A stretch of DNA of 22,830 bases, taken from Ginkgo biloba (Eukaryota; Plantae; Ginkgophyta). Position numbers and translations under genes: made by a program. The notes below the pieces were generated by a model. The model saw nothing but the letters and a program-made list of their open reading frames with translations. It ran no database searches and was not told the DNA's origin. Position 1 is the stretch's first letter. Every line of letters starts with the position of its first letter. Shown here piece after piece: positions 11,914 to 21,699 of the stretch. The stretch is taken from NCBI GenBank assembly GCA_024626585.2, contig JANKJI020000004.1, positions 103,281,305 through 103,304,134 on the forward strand, given 5' to 3'.

Positions 11914-13749
11914 TTCTCTATACTTTTATGTATTGTTGGAAGTGACATCAAGGATGTTCAAGCATGGAATTACTTGAGATGCATGATGTTCATAGGTTCA
12001 TCCATCTCCTAGCCATTTGGTATGTCCAATTTATATGCACTGGATTGAAATTTAGTGATGATGACATATGGGNNNNNNNNNNNNNNNNNNNNNNNNNNNN
12101 NNNNNNNNNNNNNNNNNNNNNNNNNNNNNNNNNNNNNNNNNNNNNNNNNNNNNNNNNNNNNNNNNNNNNNNNACGTAAGAAAATAAGTAAGGTAGGATAT
12201 TTATCTATAAGATATTCCTAGAATTAATTATTAATTTACTAAGTGTCACTTTAGTAAATAAAATCAAGCATAACCTTCATTTTTACTCAAACTTATTTAG
12301 CCATATTTAGGACTAGATTATCTTCCTTTATATATAAACAACCATTTATAATGAATTGTAGCTAATAGACAATAAAATAAAACACTTGATAATAATAAAT
12401 CATTTTCATTTACAATTTAAATCANNNNNNNNNNNNNNNNNNNNNNNNNNNNNNNNNNNNNNNNNNNNNNNNNNNNNNNNNNNNNNNNNNNNNNNNNNNN
12501 NNNTGTTAATAGTTATAGGCTCCTAATTTTAGTAAAAGCTTATCTTTGTGAAACTAATACCATAACCTTATTAACTCTTAAATAAGAAACTATAGTGTGA
12601 AATCAGGTTAATGCTCATATAAATGATATTCTAACTTTTTTTTTCTTACGTTGGTTAGTCATTTGATTACATTCAAAATCAACCTTTTTTTTTTCTCATT
12701 GAAAAAAGGTAGGTTCCTTTTTGTCTTTTGATTTAATTTTAAATGTTAAAATTATCATCTTTTACTTCTTATTTGAGTTATATTTCTTTTATTTCATTCA
12801 TTTCACCACATGGCATGTAGAGCATGTATTTGCACATAAACACAATAGAATTAATATTTATAAGAGATTATCTTGAAAGTATTTTTCTAAACCTTAAGTT
12901 AGTTTAAATAGGAGGGGATCTTTAGGACTTAGGGTTTGTGATGACAAAACCTCAAATATTCTTAAAGTGTTAAGAGTCAGATTGACTCCCTATAAGGCGA
13001 TCAAAGAATGGGCCATGTCCTTAAAACCTAATTACAAATTAAAGATGAACTCTGGCTAACTAATAGTGGTGGTATGGTGGCTTATCATATATAATTACTC
13101 TTTAGTGTTTTATCTAATAAAGTTGTCCTCTAGCTCCATTACTATATGTTTTTATTAAAATATATGTTGAAATGTTCATTTCTAATGCTCAAGAATGGAT
13201 TGATTTGAAGCACATTAGTTTATTACTCTTTAATAAGTAGTTTATATATGGATAATTTGTAGATGAAAAAAATATTATAGTTACATTAAAAAAACCAATG
13301 TTAACTATTGTATTGAATAGGTAGATAGATTTTATATGGAACTTGAGTGTTCCATATCACTTCATAAATCCTTATGCTATTTTTTAAGTTTTGAAGAGGC
13401 TTCTTAGTAGGTCATGGAATTTAAGTTCTCCTATTAGAATATTAAAGATATCTCAATACATACAGAGAATGTATGATATTACAAAAGTTCTCTCACTGAT
13501 TTATGTGTATATATTCTCTTTTTTAGTTCTCTCCTTTATTGTTTGTAAGGTTATTGCTTCTATCATTATGAACCTTTTATGGAGTGGCTCTTTGCAAACT
13601 CATTCTTTCCTTGAGGTAAAGTTAGTAATTTATTATTGTAGAAAGGGATGAAGGTGGTCTACGTATTTTGAATTCAAGATCTCAAGAAATTTCTCTAGTC
13701 TATAGGTGGATTATCCATACTTATTAGAGAATAGGGGTGTGGAAGGAAT

Positions 13750-15445
13750 ATATTTCCTTTAGAATTTCTCATCTATTCCCCTTAGGACTTAAATCTTAGG
13801 AAAGGTTGGCTAGGAATGTATTATTAAGACTATGATCAAATTCAAATTCAAGGGTTTAGTTGTCTTCCAAGTTGATTAGAAAGAATGGGAGAAAGAAAGA
13901 ATATTTCTCATATGGAATGGATATGATCCTAAGAAGGTTCTTTTAGATCCTAATATCTCATTATATTGGATTCATTAATCTAGTTTGAGCATAAGCTATT
14001 TATATTAGCTTTCTCAAAATAGTCAAGAATGTTGTATATAAATGTTATTGCAGTAATTGAGGATCATTGGAAATGTTACACTCTTAACTAGTTCTCATGG
14101 TACGAGTTCAAAAACTTTAGGGCACTCCCTTATTCACAAGTAAATATTTTTCTTATATATTATTAACAATATTACTTCAAGANNNNNNNNNNNNNNCATA
14201 TTTGACTAGCAAAAATACTTAGTAAATGTATTGATGTTGGTACCCAAAAATATCTTTTTTGTACTTCACAATTACCAAGATATCTAAACTTCTTAGCCAT
14301 ATGTGGAGTTGAAGGACATGTGTAATATAATTTAGAGGTATTAGATCCACTGCATGCTTAGATCGCAAGATGCCATTTGATTTAGTATATGAGGGTTGAA
14401 GGAAAGAAAAATCTTTTTATTTGGCCAATGCTTCATAATGGTTTGTTTAGTGTTAGACTTGTCATTATTAGCATTCAAGTAGTTTGTCCCTTTTCTATTT
14501 AAGAGAAATCATCTTTCAATCTATTTTAGAATTGTAGTTAGATCAACCTAATTTTATAAATTATCTAAGTCATTACTTAATCATAAAGATTTCAATCACT
14601 TATAAAGATTTCATCCACTTAAGGGGAATATGCCCTTTTTTAGTAACTATTATACTTTCGATATTAGTTGCATTAGCACTTGTCTCATATCAAGAGTTAA
14701 AATTTTGTTGATCATTTCAAAAAGCAAGAGTGACATGATCTTTAATGCTTCTATTTGCAATCTATTTACACACTATTATTATACACTTTTACATTCTATA
14801 AGAGTATAGTTACAAGCACACTTTGAAGCTCATGCATTAGAAGTTGATTTATTAAGGGATATGCTATAAAGTATCTAGGATTTATATGCTATGACCTCGT
14901 TGGATGAGAATGTTCCCAAGTAATTTTTTTAACTTATTGGCTATTACAGAGGTACACATGATAAGGGCATCCACTTCTTTGAACCATTCACACAACACAC
15001 ATGCCAACTTTCTAGATATTCAATAGTACCTCCACCTCATCGAGTATGAGATTGTTCAAGGAGTTATAAATAAAATATTTACTAGGTAATATAGAGAGAG
15101 GAGCAAGAGGCACTATCATAACATGTTATGTTGGCTCTTCTACAACATGCCCAAATTAGATCCCAATTAAGTGTTCTAGAATCTTAATGTTAGTGTTGCT
15201 TAGTGAATAAGGCTTGTATTTAATTTTGTGTTGTTATTCTTGGGTAGTTGTTATACACTTTGTTTGTGTGGCACTTTTTATTATATGCATGTAATAAGTT
15301 GCCCTTTCTTGGTGATTAGTTTGGTAGTATAGTTAGGTTGTATAAAGGGTTGATTTTGTATTATAAAGACCCTTGATGATGCTTTGTAAATTGTTGCATT
15401 CTTTTATAATATAATAGAAAAAATTAAGAGGAAAAATAAATAAAT
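13750..15445 (+). mobile_element. Decayed L1 LINE remnant (ORF1 DUF4283/zinc-knuckle-like region; 3' UTR with degenerate A-rich tail)
   Basis: WIH...IIGNV-like stretch (~13966-14077) and QLPRYLNFLAICGVEGHV (~14269-14322; cf. LP.FC..CG..GH zinc knuckle). GT-rich 3'UTR-like tract ~15200-15405 ends in TATAATATAATAGAAAAAATTAAGAGGAAAAATAAATAAAT. The element may extend further left. Confidence 0.4.
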
Positions 15446-16803
15446 AGAGTTCATATATAGAACCATATTAGAAGGATACTATTTCAAAAGAAGCCACACA
15501 TTCTATTAGATAAAGATTGAGGTACCAACCTACGTATCTTTTGCTACTTAAAGTGCTTTTAACACTTTAGTCTTTTATGCCATGTAAATGACGCTTTCTT
15601 TAAATTTGTTTCATCTTTGGTTGCATCAAGTTCCCTTGTTGAATACATCACATGTCAAGATTTCAAATGGCTAAGAGGTTCTTATTAAGAATATGCATAA
15701 GACACTGTCAAAATATATATCTATTCTAAACATAGTATGTAATCCATAATAGTATCTTCCTATTAGTTTTGTTTTTAATTAGTTTATTAGAATATGTGAC
15801 TCATATCAAATTCATTTTTCACTAGTTATTAGCTAGCATATACATGTGTGGCCCTTTGAAACAAGTTGAAATTGTATTTTGTTGTGTGTTAAATTACTTG
15901 GAATCACAAACAACCATCGAAGTTATAATAATGCGAATTTGGCTTAGGGTGTGCAAATATTTGTGGGAAGCTAGGTGAAGCCTCTCATTTCGTTACTTTG
16001 TTGGAATGCATAATTGAAAGAAGTAAGAGAGGGGGGAGAGGGGGATTTTAATGTCGCACAACATAGATGCATCCGACTTATTATTACCCATTTGCATAGA
16101 CAATAGCTTGTTATTTGCATACACATGCAAACTATAAANNNNNNNNNNNNNNNNNNNNNNNNNNNNNNNNNNNNNNNNNNNNNNNNNNNNNNNNNNNNNN
16201 NNNNNNNNNNNNNNNNNATCAAAAGAAACTATAATCAAGAGAGAAATGTTTAATTGACTATCAAAAGAAACTGCCGTTGGGCTTTCTAATTATAGAGTGC
16301 ATAGAGTTTCAAGTGCACATTGAGGACTGAAACCACTTTTTACACGTCCAGCACCGTGAAGTGCACCCTACATGAAAAGTAGTGTCTTTGACTTAGAGTC
16401 GATTGGAAAGCCATTTACTTCAAAATTGAAACTGATTATAGTGAATTATGCATAGAATATCTTATATACGATTCATTTCAAACTCAATATCTACATTTCT
16501 TCAACGTAGAGAGATTTTTTCGTTGGACAGTGTGCTATGTATCATTATGGCTATGTCCACTGTTTAATATTGTAACGGCAAACCGAGTTTCTTTGCGTAA
16601 CCTAGGGCATTCATGTCAACATTAGCACTATTCCTAATACCTATATTTATTTCCTTTTGTCAAATATGGGTGATTTCTTGATGGAAAATGGTTACATTGG
16701 GAAAGTTGAATTAATGTAAACTGTGCATTTCGATACAGACTTGTACGAAGATGACCTCCCAATGGCAGGCAAAATTATTCACTAGAGCTACTTTTGTGCA
16801 AAT

Positions 16804-16850
16804 CCAATCAACGCCACATCACCCTGGCCATCGAATAACTCTCTATATAA
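16804..16850 (+). promoter_or_regulatory. Core promoter of NRL module A (CCAAT 16804-16808; TATATAA 16844-16850)
   Basis: CTCTATATAAGC TATA box ~95 bp upstream of the predicted ATG at 16944, with CCAAT 40 bp further upstream, in a CG-retaining region. Confidence 0.6.
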
Positions 16851-16943
16851 GCAGCAGCATAAACGCCCATGAAAGCACCAAGTGAGAGCTGATCGGTGTT
16901 CAAATATATCTTTTCTTAGTGCGTGAAATATTGAATTCTGATC

Positions 16944-16978
16944 ATGATTTTGACGAATATTCAGAGCTGCAAAGACTG
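16944..16978 (+). CDS. NRL module A, coding exon 1 (MILTNIQSCKD-W)
   Basis: ATG at 16944; ends TG|GTAATT (phase 2). Joining to the G at 17162 makes TGG, the conserved Trp preceding the NRL BTB 'W...DVPSD' motif. Confidence 0.65.
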
Positions 16979-17161
16979 GTAATTTGATGATCTATTCACT
17001 GTGGTATTTCTTCTTACAATTCATACTTTTTCCAATTGGTAATTTTGATTCCAAACGGGATATATTCTTATTTTTGTAAGATCTCGGCAGCAATATAGGT
17101 CATCTTTAAACACGATTTAATCTGGTTTTGTTGAATGTGTGCTCACTATATTAATCAACAG

Positions 17162-17228
17162 GTTTTTTTCGGACACTCCCAGCGATGTCACAGTGGAAGC
17201 AGGAGGAACGAGTTTTGCAATCCATAAG
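17162..17228 (+). CDS. NRL module A, exon 2 (FFSDTPSDVTVEAGGTSFAIHK; BTB start)
   Basis: CAG acceptor ending at 17161, AAG|GTAATT donor. 67 nt, the same size and phase as module B exon 2. Conserved NRL intron after 'LHK'. Confidence 0.9.
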
Positions 17229-17316
17229 GTAATTGGTGAGATTTGAACTGTGTGGACCAGGTAATGATGATAATTCTACTAACACGAGTTCTCTATTTAC
17301 AAATGTCTATGTACAG

Positions 17317-17861
17317 TTTCCTATGGCATCCAAGTGCGGTCGGATGCGAAGATTGTTTGCAGAAGCAGATGATCACACAGACGTACCACTGATCCATCTT
17401 CATGAAATGCCGGGAGGAGCAAATGCGTTCGAATTAGTTGCAAAATTCTGTTATGGAATCAATCCCCAAATCACTCCATCCAACGTAGCAATGCTCCGAT
17501 GTGCAGCTCACTATCTAGAAATGACTCAAGACGATGGAGATGAATTAAATCTGGAATCACTTACAGAGGCTTATCTCAAGGATGCAATTATCACAGATTC
17601 TGCAAATTCTATCACTGTTCTCATGAATACATGTGAAAATCTGCTACCTCTTGCGGAGGAACTGGATATAGTCAATAGATGTATTGATACAATAGTCTCC
17701 GAAACATGCAAGGAACTGACCAATACATCTAGATCCGTGTACAGCAGGTCAGTGCATAATCATACAAATGATGGCTTTAGGGCCGACGGACAGATGGGAT
17801 TGGCAGAGTGGTCGACTGAGCAGTTATTAAATCTGCATATCTATTTCTTTCAAAAGATTTT
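17317..17861 (+). CDS. NRL module A, exon 3 (BTB/POZ domain and start of the linker), running into an assembly gap
   Basis: TACAG acceptor, then FPMASKCGRMRRL...MPGGANAFELVAKFCYG...NVAMLRCAAHYLEMT...CENLLPLAEEL.IV.RCID...EWSTEQLLNLHIYFFQKI. Open with no stops up to the gap at 17862. Confidence 0.88.
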
Positions 17862-17961
17862 NNNNNNNNNNNNNNNNNNNNNNNNNNNNNNNNNNNNNNN
17901 NNNNNNNNNNNNNNNNNNNNNNNNNNNNNNNNNNNNNNNNNNNNNNNNNNNNNNNNNNNNN
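17862..17961. other. Assembly gap (100-N placeholder) inside the NRL locus
   Basis: Exactly 100 N, as at 3640, 5258, 7620, 8805, 10718 and 12073. True size is probably unknown. Confidence 0.95.
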
Positions 17962-18005
17962 GAAGAACAGGAAACCTGCCATGTGACTGCTCTCAAAATC
18001 GTTGA

Positions 18006-18031
18006 ATGACATCAGAAATTGCAGCAAATTT
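18006..18031 (+). CDS. NRL module B, putative coding exon 1 (MTSEIAAN-L)
   Basis: ATG preceded by an in-frame stop; ends TT|GTAATT in the required phase 2, giving a 204-nt intron similar to module A's 183-nt intron 1. Alternatives exist, such as a split AT|G at the 18134 donor. Confidence 0.4.
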
Positions 18032-18235
18032 GTAATTCTGGTATACATCTTCCATTCGAAAGATAAAGACCCATTCTGTTCATTATCGCAATCGCTTGGC
18101 AGATGTCCCGAAGCTGATCACAGGAAGTAAAATGTATACAGACATATATACAATTCCTTGATTACATAAACATAATCATCTCAATTATCTAAGTATTTGG
18201 TTACTCAAGTAAACCTTCATTTTTTGTGCTTATAG

Positions 18236-18302
18236 GCTGCTTTCTGATGTTCCCAGCGATGTTACAGTGGAAGCAGGAGGAACCAATTTTGCATTACACA
18301 AG
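18236..18302 (+). CDS. NRL module B, exon 2 (LLSDVPSDVTVEAGGTNFALHK)
   Basis: T-rich tract with TAG acceptor ending at 18235 and AAG|GTACAT donor. Canonical NRL BTB start. Confidence 0.92.
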
Positions 18303-18381
18303 GTACATTTCTGACTGCAGTTTTACACTCCTAAGATTGCCAATTTGAATGTATTTATAATATATGTCTGCCCATTTTCAG

Positions 18382-19659
18382 TTCCCTCTTGTGTCTCGGA
18401 GTGGGCGAATTCGGAAATTATTAACAGAATCCAGGGAGCCCACAAAAGTATACCTTCAAGATATGCCAGGGGGAGCAGACGCCTTTGAATTAGCAGCAAA
18501 ATTTTGCTATGGAGTAAATGTGGAAATCACTGTTTCCAATGTCGCAATGCTGCGGTGTGCTGCAAGCTATTTGGAAATGACTGAAAACTATGGGGAAGGA
18601 AGCTTGGAAGCACGCACAGAGGCCTATCTGACTGAGATTGTAACACAAAATCTTGCAGACTCTGTAACTGTTCTTCACAGCTGTGAAAATCTGCTGCCAT
18701 TTGCAGAGGACCTCAAGATAATCGGCAGATGTATTGATGGAATAACTTCAAATGCATGTAAGGAGCAGCTTTCATCTGGGCTATCCAGATTGCAATACAG
18801 CGGTTCAGCCCACAGGGATAATCAATATCAGATTGGGCTTGCAGGTAATTTCTGCACCACCACGACCATTAATGCCCAACAGTTGAAACCCCATGCACCA
18901 GAGTGGTGGGGCAAGGAATTAACAGTGCTGAATATACATATGTTTCAGAGGGTCTTAACTGCAATGAAATCCAGAGGCCTAAGTCAGGATATAGTCAGTG
19001 GAGCTCTGATGAATTATGCACAGAATTCTCTGGAAGGATTCTCAAAGATAATCAGAGATCCTCAGATGAGCAAACCTAAGGCTAAACCAAGGGATTTTGC
19101 ACCAACATTGCTTGAAAGAGAGCAACGGTCAGTTATTGAGACGGTTGTGAGCTTGCTTCCACCAGTACAAGGCAAAAACAGTGGAATTATCCCTGTTAGT
19201 TTCCTCTCAGGACTGCTCAGAACTGCCATCATGCTCAATGCAACGGCTTCCTGCAGAATGGAATTGGAAAAACGAATTGGGTTTCAGCTGGATCAAGCAA
19301 CTCTGGATGATATACTCATACCCACATTCATCTCATACGGTGAAGATTATACACTCTTTGATACAGATGTTGTGCATCGTATCGTTACCAATTTCTTACA
19401 GTTGGAGGCAGAAGAATTAGCAGATGGTATGATGCATATACAGGATATTACTGCTGCAAACTATGAATCTGATGGCTTGGGCTCTCCAAATCAAAGTGCT
19501 ACAATGAAGGTTTCCAAGCTTATGGACAGCTATCTTGCAGAAATTGCACCGGATAGGAACTTAAGTGTCTCCAAATTTATCGGCCTTGCAGAGGTTCTGC
19601 AGGATAACGGTCGAGTGGTTGATGATGGGCTTTACAGAGCAATCGATATTTGTCTCAAG
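18382..19659 (+). CDS. NRL module B, exon 3: BTB/POZ + NPH3 domain (NPH3/RPT2-like protein, At1g03010/At5g48800-type)
   Basis: 426 codons: FPLVSRSGRIRKLL, PGGADAFELAAKFCYG, NACKEQLSSGLSRL, EWWGKEL, FLSGLLRTAIML, LEKRIGFQLDQATLDDILIP, VSKLMDSYLAEIAPD, DDGLYRAIDICLK. CAG acceptor ends at 18381 and the donor is AAG|GTTCGA. Confidence 0.96.
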
Positions 19660-19770
19660 GTTCGATTCATCACAAATTGCTGTTTATTTCAATAGCATAT
19701 TTTTATAAGCATTTCGTTGGCATTATAATTTTTTCTCATTTCATTTTTCCTTCGAGCTTTTATGGCGCAG

Positions 19771-20328
19771 GCGCATCCAACAGCAACAGATGTAGAGCGC
19801 AAAAAGCTGTGCAAGCTGATTGACTGTCAGAGGTTGTCGCAAGAGGCATGCACGCACGCTGCCAAAAATGAACGGCTTCCCATTCATGTAGTTGTCCGAG
19901 TTCTCTACTTCGAGCAACTCAGACTGCGTAACGACATGCAGAGTGGCAGTTTTTACAGAGATGGAGATAATTTCAGGTCTAATTGCTCGCCACAACTTAT
20001 GAACAACATTGGATTTCGTAGTTCAATGGACAACTATGAATCTATTCGGTTGGAGAACAGAGAAATGAGGCTTGAATTTGTGAGACTGAGGATCAGATTG
20101 ACAGATGTGGAAAAAGAGTGTCTGTGCATGAAACAAATGATGGTGAAATCCAGTTCGACCAATAGATTTATGAATTCGTTTTCCAGGAATCTGACCAAGT
20201 TTCAGTCCCTCTTCAGAGAGGGCGTCCACATTCTTCAGTTTTCGAAGTCTACTCACCATCATCGTCCTCAACAGACGGCATCGAGCCATTCTGGCCAACT
20301 CGCGTCCCTGAGTGGCAGAAGATTATAA
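19771..20328 (+). CDS. NRL module B, last exon: end of the NPH3 domain and coiled coil
   Basis: GCAG acceptor ends at 19770. AHP...ERKKLCKLIDCQRLSQEACTHAAKNERLP..VVVRVLYFEQLRLR and DNYESIRLENREMRLEFVRLRIRLTDVEKE coiled coil; TAA at 20326-20328. The intron lies at the conserved K|AHP position. Confidence 0.95.
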   Translation, partial: AHPTATDVERKKLCKLIDCQRLSQEACTHAAKNERLPIHVVVRVLYFEQLRLRNDMQSGSFYRDGDNFRSNCSPQLMNNIGFRSSMDNYESIRLENREMRLEFVRLRIRLTDVEKECLCMKQMMVKSSSTNRFMNSFSRNLTKFQSLFREGVHILQFSKSTHHHRPQQTASSHSGQLASLSGRRL

Positions 20329-21699
20329 ATGATCTCGATAATTATGAAACCTTTCTATAATGAAATAAGTGGGTATCTGACTTCCGCATATTCCTTAGGA
20401 ATAATCGTAGTATATATTATATTTAAACATCCTAGGTAATGTATTTGCAACGGTTATATGAATTGCATCTGTTCCGTTAATTTTGTATTGGGATGGGAGG
20501 ACTCAAAAGGCACATCTTTTAGAATCCTCTACCAACAACTGAACATAAGGGAATGTGTTCGATATTCTACAATTTAGCAATAATATCTTTCATCTCAATT
20601 TGTCTACTGTTTCTTAAAACATTTTCCTATTTTTTTGCCTAGATCAATGTGCAGCGGCATATATTTGGTATACAGCGTGGGTTATCAAACCAAACTCTCA
20701 ATCCCTGCCTTTTAGGAAGCGCGCGAGTTGCTTTGCCAATTTTGGTGTTGGATTTATAGGGAATTTTTGTGACGACCGTTACATTAATTAACAGGTACTA
20801 TACATGTATCTTTCACTGTTTGTAATTGTTCAATCAAATTGTATAAATAATTTGGAAGGATCTATCTCAAATACCCCTGTGATGCATTCATTGAATGGAA
20901 GATTGATTGATTCATTGAATCGAATGCAAGTTCTTTCTTGAACACAAAATCTGATAGTCTTCAGATTTTCATGAAGAGAATTCTCCAATTTTTATACGTA
21001 TTTTGCATATTTGCAGTTATCCATTTTTTTNNNNNNNNNNNNNNCATAGCAAATGACACAGGTGCTCCAATTGAAGACACAAAAAAGATATGGACACAAA
21101 AACCTGAGAGCTGCGTGCCAGCTTATTTCAACGAGCCCTATAAATTAGAAATTCCACCCTTAAAATTTAACAAACAAGACTGTTTATGTAATTCTAAATT
21201 TATAAACGTAAAAGATTGATCTCTACAATTTTTACCTTCCATATCCTCTTATATTATTTGGTTGGGATCCATAGGAATACTACGTTAGACACACACATGG
21301 ACGCCATGTTAACTCGGAAGTATAGAAGCAGCGGGTAATCAGTCTTTGGAGTTAGTTATTGAAAGAGAGTGTCAAAGGTATATGGGAAATTTCTATTTCA
21401 CCTTTCCACCGCTGCCATCTGATCGACATAAGTTGCTCAGTTCCACTCCATGGATAATATTCCATAGAGGACGAAGACGCTTTTAGAATTCTAATAGTCT
21501 TTCGTTAACTCGTTTATCTTCAGGTTTAAAAATATTGTCTTTTTCCATATTGGAGGAGCAAGAAATGCAAGTCATTTTTTATNNNNNNNNNNNNNNNNTT
21601 TATGTAGGTGTTGATAGGGATTTTGTATGTTGATGATAAATCGCTGAGATTGTATTGCCTCGAGGCAATATCACAAACCCGACAACAAAAGAGAAGATG

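Noticed and set aside
11934-12072. TGTTGGAAG... possible Copia LTR start beside the TA repeat
   Set aside because: Cut by a gap, with no partner LTR, PBS or PPT to support it.
1729-16238. Numerous 60-90 aa ORFs in the TE region
   Set aside because: Many span N-runs; the others are low-complexity or short fragments of decayed TE frames. No host gene is supported.
16218-16272. 13-bp direct repeat ATCAAAAGAAACT 42 bp apart
   Set aside because: Only two copies, next to a gap. A local duplication or contig-end artefact, not an array.
16869-16892. Short upstream ORF MKAPSES* or an alternative first exon via GTGAGA
   Set aside because: The ATG is only ~19 nt after the TATA box, probably upstream of the TSS, and the splice phase is incompatible with the 16964 acceptor.
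17233-17316. N-terminal part of track ORF 17233..18009 (MVRFELCG...)
   Set aside because: It lies in intron 17229-17316 (GT...AG); homology starts at FPMASK. Frame continuity across the 100-N gap is arbitrary.
19660-19770. ORF tail VRFITNCCLFQ* and a separate start MAQAHP, suggesting two genes
   Set aside because: A 111-nt GT-AG intron at the conserved K|AHP position joins the two ORFs.
18490-20298. Antisense or alternate-frame ORFs (18490-18678, 19181-19420, 19741-19995, 20023-20298)
   Set aside because: Shadow ORFs of the NRL coding sequence with no recognisable motifs.
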